Part shown: one piece after another, positions 26,925 through 40,098 of the stretch
How positions within the stretch are numbered: position 1 is the stretch's first letter
How the letters are laid out: each line of letters starts with the position of its first letter
NCBI GenBank assembly: GCA_964187785.1
Contig: OZ076409.1
Span: 9,116,001-9,180,000 of the forward strand
DNA length: 64,000 bases
From: Amphiscolops sp. MND2022
Lineage: Eukaryota
Direction of reading: 5' to 3'
Position numbers and translations under genes: made by a program
Notes under the pieces: generated by a model
Seen by the model: the letters and a program-made list of their open reading frames with translations, nothing else
Told to the model about the DNA's origin: nothing
Database searches by the model: none

Positions 26925-27152
26925 ATCAAATAAAATACTAAATGATGAGTATTAGCCATGTATGTGGGAGGCATCAGTAGAAATTAAATTTTCTCACTGG
27001 CTTAAAACCTAAATTTCTGCAAGTTTTGTCAATTCGAATCCGAATTCACAAAACTTGCAAAAATTTAGGTTTTGAGCCAGTGAGAAAATTTAATTTCTAC
27101 TGATGCCTCCCACATACATGGCTAATACTCATCATTTAGTATTTTATTTGAT
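26925..27152. repeat. 228-bp near-perfect palindrome
   Basis: ATCAAATAAAATACTAAATGATGAG...CTCATCATTTAGTATTTTATTTGAT, centre AATTCG-AATC-CGAATT. Confidence 0.95.
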
Positions 27153-27357
27153 CCTATGGATTATACCACGTTTTTTGATGAGTATTTTTATTCTGGTTCT
27201 TAACTCAAGTATTCATTTTTAGCACTTGGTCATACGTTCAAGTTTTCTTCTTTTTCTTTGATAATTGAGATACTTTATGGTAATCAATGAGCTGGTTGTT
27301 CCTAACGATTAATAAGTTGAGTTAAAAAGAAAATCTCAATTACTTGAGGCTCTAATA

Positions 27358-27647
27358 CCGATTTAAAAAGGAGTATTGCCGAATAAATAAGTTAGTTTCG
27401 GAGGCAGATTGAAAATTCTACTCAATTGCAATAAGGCACCTGATAATCATTCAGCAGCTCAATGAAAATCGGTCCCTTGGGGTTTCAATAAATCCAAAAA
27501 AGCAACTGCAAAAAGCATCAACAAAATTCAAAGAGCATGCCTATCATTTCCAATTAGATATATGTAGAAAGAAAATCATATAGTTGAGTAGAATTTATAA
27601 TCTGCCTCCGAAACAAACTTATTCGCGAATACGCTTTTTTGAATCGG
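27358..27647. mobile_element. TA-flanked MITE
   Basis: TA|CCGATTTAAAAAG...TTTTTTGAATCGG|TA, with imperfect arms of about 65 bp (TTCGGAGGCAGATT / AATCTGCCTCCGAA). Confidence 0.7.
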
Positions 27648-28337
27648 TATAAGAAATTTCCACCCACGAGTAAGCCAGTTTCAAGTTTTTTTCCAACGCA
27701 CTCTGAGGATCCAAATTAGAGAGGGGGTCATATTGAGAGGGGGGTCTGAATTCAGACATTGAAAATCGGACAAAAATTGTTTACAGCTTGAAAAAAAAAC
27801 GTCATAACTTAGAATTAAATATGTGGTTAACAATTAAGTGCATAGGGGATAAACGAGAAAAAGCAATTTAGCCAAAATGCTTTCTTGTTGACGAATTCGT
27901 CCTCGTTGTGTATTTCGAAAGCTAATTTTGCAGAAAACCGGCTCATATAGAGTGAAACTTTAGTGGGGGTCGTAAAAAAGGAGTGGGGTTACCGATTTTT
28001 TGTCCAAAACATTACACGGTGCGGGGTGTTGGTTTCTCTTTTGTTTGGATCCCCAGAGTAGGCAAAAACATTACACTCGTGATTTTTTGAATGTGTACAG
28101 ATTTGAATACGAGAATTACACAGAGGCGAAGAAAGTTGAGAACTTTTGAAGAGAAACCAAATAAGCAAAATCATCAAATAAGCAATATCATAAGAACCGA
28201 GAAGTAAGGAGTCGAACACTTTTTCTGCTAATTGATCAATGTAAGAACACAGCACTAAAACGAAACAATTGCATGTATAGAACTACTGCGGCTTTTTGTC
28301 ATCAAAACTGCTTTTCAGATCAAAAGACAATTAGAAA

Positions 28338-28847
28338 ATAGGCCCCTACGGGGCACAGTATTATTTCTACTTTTTAGGCTTTCAGGTTCATTAATAGAAG
28401 CATATCTGGAATAACTAAACACTTCTGTTTAATCATCAATAAAGATTCATTACATAGCGCACAAATAATCACTGTGCCAGCTTACACCGCCTTTAATTCT
28501 TCACGGACTAAAGATAATAGGACTACTAAGCGTATGTGAAGTTTCACATTCGTATTTGAATGCAGACGAAGCTCTCGGCAAACGAATAACTCGTTAACAC
28601 TCATTCGCTTCCTCTCAATGAATTCGGCGTACGAATGCATGATAAACACTCGCTCGATTTCATCGCACGAAAATTGAATAAACTAATTGTAGTCGGCAGC
28701 TTGAAAAATTTAAGCCTCACGCTTATACTCACTGCCAAACAAAATATCTGAATTTTTCAGTAGCTACTCGAATCGCTTACGAAAAGTTGACTGAAAAAAG
28801 TTGCAAATGTCAGATTTCAATATTATTCCTGCTATCGCAGAAATAAT
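28338..28847 (-). mobile_element. Helentron-like family B, full-length copy
   Basis: On the minus strand: 5' ATTATTTCTGC-GATA-GCAGGAATA hairpin; 3' GTAGAAATAATA, stem-loop GCCCC-GTA-GGGGC, then CTATTTT. Confidence 0.7.
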
Positions 28848-28962
28848 GAAAATACGCCGCATACTCAAGTGAAAACATTCTCATAAAACGCATTCGGTAT
28901 CATTCACTAGAAGCCGCGGCTAATATAGACTGCTTGGAAGCAGCACGGCTTGGAAAAAAATT

Positions 28963-29037
28963 AGCGCATACGCACCGGTTCGAACACGAAGTCTCTTAGT
29001 TGAAAAGCAAGCATCTTACCACTAGACCATGAACGCC
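28963..29037 (-). other. tRNA-like Pol III cassette inside a repeat; not a functional tRNA
   Basis: A box TGGTCTAGTGG, B box GTTCGAACC and T7 right after. The cloverleaf stems are imperfect. Second copy at 63275-63348. Confidence 0.6.
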
Positions 29038-29213
29038 TGAACTGTGCGCCGCCTGAAACGAGAGTTTTCGAGCGAAAAAAAAGCACCTGCACTTTTCCAT
29101 AACACTTGCTTGTCGCAAGTGTAACAAAGGATACAATTTCAAAACCTTAATGGGAAATATACAGAAAACTAATACATTTAATGCAAAGAGCGATTTCTTT
29201 AATTGGTCCCATG

Positions 29214-30334
29214 TTTTTAGTCGGCGCTTCATGAAGTGAAACGCGACTATTATAGTGACTTTTTTTTCTATGCACACGAACTGACCAAAATAGTTCTTAA
29301 AAGTTCTACAAAGTATTATGGTGTCAAATTGCACCATTTGGCCTAGCGAACTGGACCAAAATGGTTTTACCTGTTTTTCCGCGTAACATACCATACCGGG
29401 CGAGACCAAAGAGTCCCCCCTCTCAATTTTTTTCGGCACTGCGAGACATTTTCGAAAAATTTTTTTCCTCAAAGGGTCCCCTGCATTTTTTTGATGTTTT
29501 GCGACAGAATGGATGTTGAAAAACCTCAAAGGGTCCCCCTTTCAATTTTTCGGCATTGTGAGACTTTAGCGCGCCAGGGGCTCGCGGTAGCGGGCCCCGG
29601 CGCGCCACTCGGTCCATTTTTTTGAGTATGTAATTTTTTCGAAAATTTTTGTTCGAAAAATTTTCGATTTTCGAGTACACTAAAAGAGAATACTTGACAC
29701 TTGGAAGTCTTTTTGCTATTTTTGAGCCTTGGATATGGCGCCGACTTGGGCCGGTCCCGGCTTGTTATTTTTAGTGGGCGCTTCATGAAGTGAAACGCGA
29801 CTATTATAGTGACTTTTTTCAATCCACACGAACTGACAAAAATAGTAGTTCACGAAATTTTATGGTGTCAAATTGAACCATTTGGCCTAGCGAACTGAAC
29901 CTAAAAGATTTTTCATGTTTTCCGCGTAACATACAGTATCGGACGAGACTAAAGGGCCCCACCTTTGATTTTTTGGCATTGTGAAACTTCTTTTCGAAAC
30001 ATTTTTTTTCCTCCAAGGGCCCCACCTTCAATTTTTTGTTTGGCGACAGAATGGATGTTGAAAAATCCCAAATTGTTTTTTCGGCATTGTGAGACTTTTT
30101 CCTCGAATAAATTTTTCCCCAAAGGGTTCCCCCTTCAATTTTTTTAAAATGTTTTTTAACGATGGATTGAGCGCACCCATTTCATCTAACTTTTGAGCTT
30201 TGCGGGTAAAAGAATACTTGACTCTCTCTTACTTGACTCTCTCTTACTCTGTAAAAGAATACTTGACACTTTGAAGTCCTTTTGATATTTTTGAGCCTTA
30301 GATATGGCGCCGACTTATGTCGTTCCGGCTTGTT
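29214..30334 (+). mobile_element. Two head-to-tail family A elements (29214-29766 and 29768-30334)
   Basis: Junction ...GCCGGTCCCGGCTTGTT-A-TTTTTAGTGGGCGCTTCATGAAG... Confidence 0.75.
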
Positions 30335-31471
30335 AAATGTTCACAGATTGTGAATGAACGCCCGGAAATGAAATTTTAATCATTTTTCTAGAATTTATGC
30401 AATGTGTTCACACTAAAAAAAATCGCTATTGTAACTAGAAAAATTATCAACAAGAAATACATACAGCTTAGTCTGGATCATTCATTGCACTTACAATATT
30501 CTGGTAAGACCTGACAATGAATACCAGAGTTTCTTCCACACCGACGTAAAAACCTGATGATAACAGCATCTAAGTTTCCAAGATTAAAATTTCCAAGCAA
30601 TTGAGCACTTCACGATAATTCCGCCTTCGATATCTCAGGTGGTATGTTTCAAGGTTATTAGATTACTTCGGTTTTCAGTAGGTTGAGAATTATTCTATGG
30701 TATCATATCTGACAAATTTTGATGTTGGCTTTCGTATTCCAAGGAAAATTGTTGTTCCACTTTGAATATCGAAAGCAGAAGTAAATAAAAGTCTGCATAA
30801 AAATCCAAATCGAACGATTCTTCAAGATTTCAGTTTGAATTGGTGCCTAGTTGTAAGTGAGCTTGTTGAATTTTTCGTCAATCAGTGGTCGACTGAAAAT
30901 GTAGAAGGTTTACACAATAAAAAAAATCAATTTGGACACATAATGAGTCTTACAACTCTTCTGGCCTCGGCCATAGAACTTGAAACCTGTTAAGTTTTTA
31001 GTAATCAGTGAAACATAGCCTGTGTTTGTGTAGTTAAGTAAGCGGGGTACCACTTTGTTATAAACTTGCGACTAGTTTTTCAAAGACTACTAGAATTGTT
31101 ATAAACTTGCAACTAGACTACTAGAATAGTAAATACAAGAAATAAATACAAGAACGTAGTAATATCAAAATCGAGACAAGAATAATTGATGCGTTTGGAA
31201 GCCAGTGAAAGAAATCTTTGCATGAAAAATACCGAGGCAAAAATTACAACAGATGTTCAAAGAGCAATCAAGTGTTCACATAACCATTTCAAGTTCCATT
31301 GAGTCCATTGGTTGTTTTTTTTTCAACATACTGCAGATTTCTACAACGCCAAGAGAAACAAGCATTCACACAGTTCCTTTATAGAATTCAATTATGTAGA
31401 ATCGAGAATTACAGTCAAGGGGTTGTTCAGAATAGATTCGATCAGAATCGAGAAAAAACATGTTTTTATTT

Positions 31472-31982
31472 CCCAGGTACACCGTGTTTCGTATCCCCCC
31501 AACACGAAAGGACAGTTTAATCTGGAAGAAAAATATTTCACTTATAAGAGAATTTTATATGGTTTATATTTTACTTCGAGGATTGTCTGCACAGCTTTTT
31601 TGACACTTCCAGCAGAAATGGACCCCTAATTTTTGCTATTATTGTCCCAAATAGCAAAAATTCACGCTTGGAACAATCCTATTTTTTACATTGATTAACA
31701 GTTAAAAGTCGCTCACTTAATTCTATGGCGGAAAAAATTTGCGTTTAAATAGGGGTCTTTTTGTACGATTTTAGCTTGTTCCAAGTTTGAATTTTTCCTA
31801 TTTTGGACAATAATATCAAAAAATTATGGTAATTTTTTTGCCTGAAGTGTCCAAACAGTTGTAGAGACAATCCTCCAAGTATTCACAGCCATATTTAATT
31901 CTCTTATTGGTGAAACATTTTTATTCAAGAACAAAATGTGCTTTCGTGTTGGGAAGGAAATATGAAACTAGGTGTACTTGGG
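31472..31982. mobile_element. Old foldback MITE
   Basis: CCCAGGTACAC / GTGTACTTGGG termini, with diverged inverted arms of about 200 bp. Confidence 0.7.
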
Positions 31983-32444
31983 GGATAAGAAACATGGTCC
32001 CAAAAGTGGCTGATTTGGTATTCCTTCTTTCGAGCAACTTAGCGCCCATCGACTGCAATTGAGCACTCGTCAGGATTAAATGCTGAATAGGTGGTGGGAC
32101 GTCGCTCCGCTCCGATGTAAACGAACGAAATTTGCTCCTCTTCCGATCTTTTCGATTTTTTAAATTCTAAATAATTCAGTTCTACAAAGCAATCCCCTTT
32201 GGATCATTTTTTAACATGTTGCAAATAAAAGTTTTTCGATATTGTCAAAAAGTCTTTTTCCACATCCCCTGCTGTGAAAAGATAAATTCCAGCTGTATAT
32301 GAGAGTTTACAGATAATTCAATTCTCAGTTGTTTAAAATGGTAACATTGTTTCTCAGAAAGCAAGTTCTAAGAATGCAAAACCTTGCCAACTCAATTGTT
32401 ATAATTTAGTTCTTATGGAATTTATTTGGCACAGCATGAGCATT

Positions 32445-33064
32445 AAACAAGCCGGGACCGGCCCAAGTCGGCGCCATATCCAAGGCTCAAAAATAGCAAA
32501 AAGACTTCCAAGTGTCAAGTATTCTCTTTTACAGTACTCGAAAATTGAAAAAAAATCGAAACATACTCAAAAAAATGGACCGAGTGGCGCGCCGGGGCCC
32601 TAGCGCGCTGATAGGGGGACACTTCCGAAATTTTCAACATTTTTGTCGCAGTTGAGGGGGTTTTGTCGCAAAACATAAAAAAATAGAAGGAGGGAAAAAT
32701 TTTTATTTTCGGAAAAAAATCTCACAGTGCCGAAAAAAAACTGAAAGGGGGGACCCTTTGGGATTTTCCATCATCCATTCTGTCGCAGAACAGCAAAAAA
32801 TTGAAGGGAGGACCCTTTGAGGAAAAAAATTTCCGGAAAAAAAGTATCGCAGTGCCGAAAAAAATTGGAAGGGGGTATGGTATGTTACGCGGGAAAACAG
32901 GAAAAACCTTTCTGGTTCAGTTCGCTAGACCAAATAGTGCAATTTGGTGCAATACTATTTTGTAGAACTTTTGTATAACTATTTTGGTCAGTTCGTGTGG
33001 ATTGAAATAAAAAGAAAAGCCACTATAATAGTCGCGTTTCACTTCATGAAGCGTCGACTAAAAA
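32445..33064 (-). mobile_element. Helentron-like family A, full-length copy
   Basis: AAACAAGCCGGGACCGGCCCAAGTCGGCGC ... GAAGCGTCGACTAAAA. Confidence 0.72.
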
Positions 33065-33240
33065 GGCGCGACAACTTTAAAACACAGATCAATGAAATCT
33101 TAAGATTACTCAATGGTGATGATGTTTTGGCTTTTTTGAACACACGAGAATTGTAAAATATGTACCGACTTGATAAGACTCAATCAATCATCAACTTGAG
33201 AGCAAAAACATCTCTGAACAAAGAGATACAGAACATATTT

Positions 33241-33667
33241 GGGAACTTTTTCCTTCCCCCCCCCCCACACACACTTTTCATGATGATGTTTTTGCAATTA
33301 ATTATATCTCAATTGCGTTTCCAATGAAACAGTTCAGTTTTAAATTTATTCTCAGGGTGATAGTTTAGGATTCAGATACAAACTTTGTTCACACTTTTTC
33401 CCTATGTAGCTACGCATTTTTGATGAAGAAATCAACAGCTTCCTGTTTTCATTCATCAATAAACACTCAATACGAACATAATTAGTCAAATTGTGTGAAC
33501 AATGTTTTGTTCAAGCGGAAAACTACTCAAATAGTGTGGAGACAACAAAACAAAGGAAGACTTATTCGAAGAAATATTGAATGATATAGTCAAATATAAT
33601 CCTTAATGTTGAGTTTGTTTTCTTTAAAAAGTGTGTGTGTGTGGGGGGGGGGGAAGAAAAAGAGTCC
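33241..33667. mobile_element. MITE with C-run/G-run inverted termini; related copy at ~14005-14385
   Basis: GGAACTTTTTCCTTCCCC..ACACACAC / GTGTGTGT..GGGGAAGAAAAAGAGTCC, with ATATTTG on both flanks. Shares the core ACAAAGGAA..GACTTATTCGA.GAAAT with 14285. Confidence 0.6.
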
Positions 33668-36600
33668 ATATTTGTATTCAAATCAATTTTGTTTGTTTGT
33701 CATTTTTAATTGGCCAATTTCGAGGGAAAAAATCATCAACCCAGGAACGGCATAGGTCGGCGCCCCGATTAGGACTAAAAAATAGCAAGGACTGCAAAGC
33801 GTAATGTGTTCTCCTCCATAATACCCGAAAAACCCAAAGGGGCACCGAACTGACGTGCTAGGCTTTTTGCGTGAAGTTCGCCTCTTTCGTAAAACGCAAC
33901 TTACTTCGGATATAACGCCAAAAATTCGGATTGTATTGAAAAAAGTTTTTGGTAGAAATTTATAGAAAAAACCTAATTTCAGAAGAAAATCTAGAATTTT
34001 GAAACAGTCCCATAGTGCCGAATGATGTACAAGGGGCCCTTTAGGCTTTTTAACATCCAATTTGTTGCAAATTATCAGAAAAATTGAAGGGGGAGGAGAC
34101 ATTTAAATTTTCGAAAAAAGTTTCACAGTGCCGAAAAAAATCGAAAGGTGGGACCCTTAAGTCTCGTCCGGTTTTGTATGTTCCGCTAAAAAACGACTAT
34201 TTTAGTTCAGTTCCCTGGGCCAAATGGTTCAATTTGGCCCCTTAAAGTTTTGTAGAACTTAGAACTATTTTGGCCAGTTCGTGAGGATTGAAAAAAAATC
34301 ACCTGTATAGTCGCGTTTCACTTCATGAAGTGCCGACTAAAAATGGAACAGCAGTTTTTCTAATCCGCGTAAATTTCACACCCAAAACATTCCCAACAGT
34401 TCTTGCAGTCTTTTTCGCAGACAATGTTAGTCTTCCAATTCAATTGAAGAATTTTTTCGGGATGAATATATTTTTACACTCGTCATTATTGCTTTTTCAC
34501 ATGACGAATATTAACTATTCACGGAAAATGTCCAAAAAAGATGAGAATTAAAAACATTTGCTATATATATCAGCAAAATAACTCCAGGAATATAAATTTT
34601 TACCTGTGTAAAAAGAATATACAGAAGAATATCGATTACTTTTAGAAATGTTATCACATTAATGATAAAAATTGACTAATCTGGCTATAAAATGAAACAA
34701 CATACTTCATACGCAGACAATTCAGACAAAATTCAATGCCAGAAAAGACTCCCGAAAGGCGATCATCTGGTTTTCATATAGAAAACAAGACGAACAACGA
34801 TGGAATCTGCTAAATGTGTCGAATGATGTGGTATATAAAAACGGAGAATATAAAAACGAATTAAGAGGCGCGGAATGAAAAAATAGGTTGAACTAAATAA
34901 ACGCCGTTCAACTTCGATTCTGTTGCTGATTAAAATACTTTTTCTGAGACAGTAAACAAAAATTAGCTGAAGTTCAATCAAATTAATCTGAAGCGATCGA
35001 TCCCTGTGGCAATAGATGGTATGACCTAAAAAGTTCACAGTCCGAAATGGGATATCTAGATAGTATTAAATCAATTCAAAGGGAAATTCGCCGTGCAAAA
35101 TAATTCTAAGACCATTGACCAAGACCGAAGTAACGGTTGAGCGGAGATCAGTCGAGTTAAACGAACACAGAAAAATGGGACTGATTCCAAAATTAATCAA
35201 ACTATTTGGTATCTAAACACTTTCATCTGCACTTGAACAAATATTGGCATTCGAGTCCTAATCCTCCATTTAACTCCAAACTCAAGTGGCTACTTTAAAG
35301 ACTTAAGTAGTCGTCTATGCAATCGCAAAGTAGGTTGAGGAACATACCAAGATACACTTTGGTTAGCAGAAAGTGGTTAAGTCTTGAATCAAGACTAGCA
35401 AAGACAGAAAGTTTGCGTTGAGATTCATTAGAGCGTTCTCTCAAGTCGAAACAAAACTCAGATGTTTTCCGAGTCTGACCTTGCCAAACTAACTTCTAGA
35501 ATCAAAACAAAACAAAACTACTGTTGATTCAAGGGTGGCAGGTCAAATTGTCTAGAAACGCGAGAAAAGCGGCGACACTCGTGTACCATTAAACATGGCA
35601 TGGTACTTTTTGCTTGGTATTTTTTTCAGGGTTTTGCTTCAACGGAGATAAACGCCCACGATTATCCCAGCATCATAAACTTTTAAAAATCGACATTTTG
35701 CGAGACAAAACGCAAAGTATGCTAATGGAAAGTTTGAACATGGCTATCTATTTAACAATGCTATCATAATACAAACATGTAACTTGTATATTATCATTAT
35801 ATGTACAGAGCATCGAGCTTCAATGTCAACAGTCAAGATTAAAGTGGTTGCTCATTTCGTGCTCAAACTAGGGTAAGCACTTCACATTCTACAGTGAAAT
35901 CTACATCGGAAACATCACACACACATTAGGCCAAAGTTCAAGTTTCTCACCAAAGATATAAGCAACTGTGGTAAGGCCTAACTAGCCTCAAATAAATTCC
36001 AATTTGCAAAGAACCAACCAACTACACCAAATCAATACGGAAGCGATTAAAAGCGACAAACGTGAAATTCCTTGAGTAGGGTTGGTTAAAAAACGCTCAA
36101 AAGCTGAAAACTCAATTTACTTCATCACAAAAACTACTCAGAAAATGACGCTGAATGCAGCAAGCACAAACAAAAGGCCAGTTTACGGACTTTCCCGGTT
36201 TCAGTCTACTCCAAATTTCAGAATGTACGTGAACCAACCATGGTAGAAAAACCCTCTCCAGACCTCGAAAATGACATTGTTTTAAGACTGTTTTAAAACA
36301 CCGTTTCAAAAAACATGCCAACTCTGACTTTAAGATTTTGATCAGACAACGAAGTAACGCGGTATATTCGAATTTTTAGTTAAAAAGTGTGCCCGACTAT
36401 TATGAAGACTATTTTTTTTCCAAACCACAGAATTCACACTGAAAGGTTCACGTTTTACAGACTTTTCGCCCAAAACCTAGGCGCACCAAAAGAAGCCAAA
36501 AGGTACTCCCTTTGAGTATTTCAGTTTTGCCGTATCGTCGAAACTATATGGGACTGAAGAATCCCCCTCAGAGTTTTTGGCTTTGCGATACATTTCGAAA

Positions 36601-36835
36601 AAAAAATCATTTTAGTTTTTGATATTATCAGTTAGAGGAAAGCGTTTTCCGAAGTTTTAAGGATGTTTATATATTTTTGAGCCTTAAGCGGGGCGCCGAA
36701 TCAATTTTATCGCTTCCAGTTGTTTTTAAAAAAGAGCAGTTCTGATGCTAGAAACGGCTGATATTCACATCAATTCAAACGTTTTTTCCCAACTCAACTG
36801 GATTCAATAGAATGACTACATCTCGCATGCAGTAA

Positions 36836-37594
36836 TAACAAGACGGGAACGTCTAAAGTCGGCGCTATATCTAAGGCTCAAAAAAGCGCGAAGTTTTTAA
36901 ACTTGTAAAAGGGGGACCCTTTCGGCTTTTTGAAAATCCAGTCTGTTGCAAAATATCAAAAAAATTGAAGGGGGGACATTACTCTTTGGAGACATTGAAA
37001 AAATTTTCGAAAAAACGAAAAATAAGAATTTTGAAACAGTCTCACAGAGCCGAAAACTAGAAAGGGGGACCCTTTGGGCTTTTTGAAACTTCAGTTTGCT
37101 GCAAAATATCAAAAAATTTGAAGGGGGGCTCTTTGGCGACAAAAAAAATTTCGAATATTTTTTTGGAAAAAAATCGAAAAAAAACGAAAAATGAGAATTT
37201 TGGAAGTCTCACAGTGCCGAAAAACTAGAAAGGGGGACCCTTTGGGCTTTTTGAAACTTCGGTTTGCTGCAAAATATCAAAAAATTTGAAGGGGGGACCT
37301 TTTGGCGACAAAAAAATTTTCGAAAAAAAGTCGCACAGTGCCGAAAAAAATGCAAAGGGATAGTACCCCTATAGTACCCCTGTAGTCCCGTCCGGTTTTG
37401 TATCTTACGCTAAAAAGTGCGTACACGAAAGGGGGGACCCTTTGCACTAACTTAGATGCGATTCCGCTTGCCGGTTCAGTACTTTAGTAGTTCTGTAAAA
37501 AGTGTCCACTACGCATACATTCTGTGGTCTGACGAAAAAAAAACTTGCCACTGTAACAGTCGGGCTCATTTTGATAAAATGCGCCGACTAAAAA
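36836..37594 (-). mobile_element. Helentron-like family A variant with a duplicated ~180-bp internal unit
   Basis: AACAAGACGGGAACGTCTAAAGTCGGCGC ... GCGCCGACTAAAAA. Direct repeat at ~37010-37155 and ~37185-37330. Confidence 0.7.
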
Positions 37595-38039
37595 CACGTT
37601 TTACGGATTAACAGAAAAACTGATATTAAAAGACGGCCTCCAGACAAAACTCTGGATTCAATGCATCGAAGGGGTATGATAACCATACAAAATTTTCTTC
37701 AAAAATGGCTGATAATAAAAAATTTTCTTTAAAAAATGTCCATTTTTCAGAACGATTGTTTGTGGAACGTTTTTCAAAGTTGCTGTTTTGTTTCTTATTA
37801 ACCCAACGAGGTTAATACAAGTAGGGTCGTTCAAACCAGATATTTTCTAAATCTATAGTTTTCAACGTAATTTTTATTGTTACTGTACAAAGGAACGCAT
37901 TATGAATTATTTTGATATAAATTAGGGCCAGCTCGAAAAACTTGAAATTTCAGAACTTGGCTCACAAAAAATGTAATTAGAGGAACTTTCAGGAGAAAGA
38001 TCATATGACAAATCAGAGTGTTTCAAAATTACCCTGAAA

Positions 38040-40056
38040 TTCCCAGGTTCATTGAAACTCGGTTTCTCGAGAAGAGCAGTCACATGATTTACCAGAGACC
38101 AATGTGTCCGCATCATATCGCGAAAAAAAACGTTCGAAATTTTGTTTGTCCCTCCGGGTTACTACTAAAATATCATCCAACCATGCCGGTGTGCAATACT
38201 CTAATGTCCGGTCAATCTTTTCCTGGAATATCGTAGGTATATCTGCGAGTCCGTAGAATGCTTTTTTGAATCTATAGTACCCGCTGAATTTTCCTCCGGT
38301 TATTGCAAATACGCGTTGTCGGGTCCTTTGGTCTGATGATTTCATTTGTCCGTATGCGTAGCCCAGGTCAATTTATGATATAAAGAGTTGTAATGTACTG
38401 TCACGGGGTATTTCTACCGAAATTTGGTTCAATAATTCCTCCATATTCGGCATGTATGGTCGCATTTTGATACAACTGTCATTTAATTTCTGTGAGTCGA
38501 GTGCAATTTTCACTGATTTATCGCTTTTCACTGTTATCATGACCGGAGGTACGAAACAATTTTCATCTACGTCATTTATTTTCTCCGAGACACCTAGAGT
38601 CTAGGTGTCCGGTTCGAATTAGTTTTTCTAATTCCCGTCCGACATCTTGTAGATGTAGTGATACCGGTCTTGCTTTTTGTTTAATTGGGTAACGTCCCGG
38701 TTTCAGTTGGATGTTCATCTCAGTGTCTTTTATTGTTTCGTTGTTCTTGAACAGATCCGGAAATCGGCTGAATACTTTCTCGCGTTCTGATTGGTTATTT
38801 TCGGCCAGTAGTATTTTGTCAATTTGAATATTTGACCGATTGTCAATTTGAATATTTTCATATAGTCCATTCCCAGCAAGGGTGTGATATCAGTTCTTTC
38901 GGTTATTAACATTTTCATTTTTTGTTTATTGTTTTCGTACTCAACATCCACCAGAATTTTTCCCCGGAATTTCACTTGTTTTTGTTGACGACTTGGTACC
39001 GGTTTGTTACTTTTTGTATCTCGGTTGATTTTACTATTCTTTTGTCCATCGGCATTAATGTTATTGGAGATCCGGTATCAATTATGAATTCTTTGCGCAC
39101 TCCGTTTATTTTGATTGTTGCTGTGTAATGTTTGTTTATTCCTTCAATACTCTTGATTTCTTTTATGTGGTATATGCTTTCATTCGATTCATCGGATGAT
39201 TCATTCGATCCATTTGTTTCTTCTTCGGTTAGTCTCTTCACTGTTCGGTTGTTGTTGAATTTCTGTCTGCATGCTCTCGCGTAGTGTCCTTTCTTGCCGC
39301 ATTTGTTACAGTTTACTTCTATTGCGGGACATTGGTGTAGTGGTGACCAGTTTGAAGCACCGCAATATCTGCATGGCTGGTTATTGAAGTTTTTTTTCGG
39401 TCTTGTTCTGAATCGTTCCATTCTTTGTATTGGTACTTCTTTGATGGCTTGTTTTTCTTTTGATGATATCAGGGCTTCTGGTATTGTTCTTTTTGTTCTT
39501 CTCGTACGTATTCTGTTTTATTAGCTCAATTATTTTCAATTCTATTGTATTTTCTTTCATTATCTTGTCCCGTAGCTTTTCATCGGTGATCGCAGTCATA
39601 TATTTCGATATCAATAGTTCTTCCGCCGAAATTGTGTTGAAATTACATTTTTTCAATTTCAATTAACCGTCTCGAGAATTCTTCCGGTGATTCTTCTTCC
39701 GTCTGCTTCGCCCAGAAGAAATCTCCCCGGTTATGGTAAGTGTTTCTTTTCGGCATATAGTATTCGGTGAACAACCGGATCAGGTCTTTGATTTTTTTGT
39801 CCGGTTGTTTCATATTCGGCACGCGTTATTTGGTAGAGGGCTTCCGGTTCAACTCCCCTAATAAAATCTTTCTGTACTGCTTGTTCTTCTTCAGGCCCAA
39901 CAGTTCTGTTATTTCTCTTATCAATGGTGCGATGTCGATTTTGTGTCCCCGTTTGGAGAATTCTCTAATTCTCTCCAACCACTGTTTCGGTGTAAATACT
40001 GGATTTCCGTCGGTGGCCTTTGCCTCTAGGTTCGGTACAATGTTTCGTTCAGCCAT
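38040..40056 (-). mobile_element. Decayed, 3'-truncated Ty3/Gypsy element (gag, protease, RT) related to the element at 1-5011
   Basis: gag ATG at 40056; knuckles CRYC..HQC and CNKCGKKGHYARAC; protease IIDTGS; RT GYYRFKKAFYGLADIPTIFQEKID..PAWLDD. Many frameshifts; no RNase H, integrase or LTR seen. Confidence 0.92.
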
Positions 40057-40098
40057 TGTTGAGTTTTTGTGATAGTAAGTTCGGTACAATTGTTTTAA

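Larger units (their letters stand above)
28118..29128 (-). mobile_element. Helentron-like family E copy with a tRNA-like cassette and a nested family B element
   Basis: The left end aligns with 62430 (ACACAGAGGCGAAG..GAACTTTTGAAGA.AACCAAATAAG). The right-end hairpin ACACTTGC-TTGTC-GCAAGTGT matches 63422. Confidence 0.55.

Noticed and set aside
28963..29037. Possible genuine tRNA genes (also 48695, 49471, 63275, 11832)
   Set aside because: Acceptor and anticodon stems pair poorly and all copies sit inside dispersed repeats; treated as tRNA-derived cassettes.
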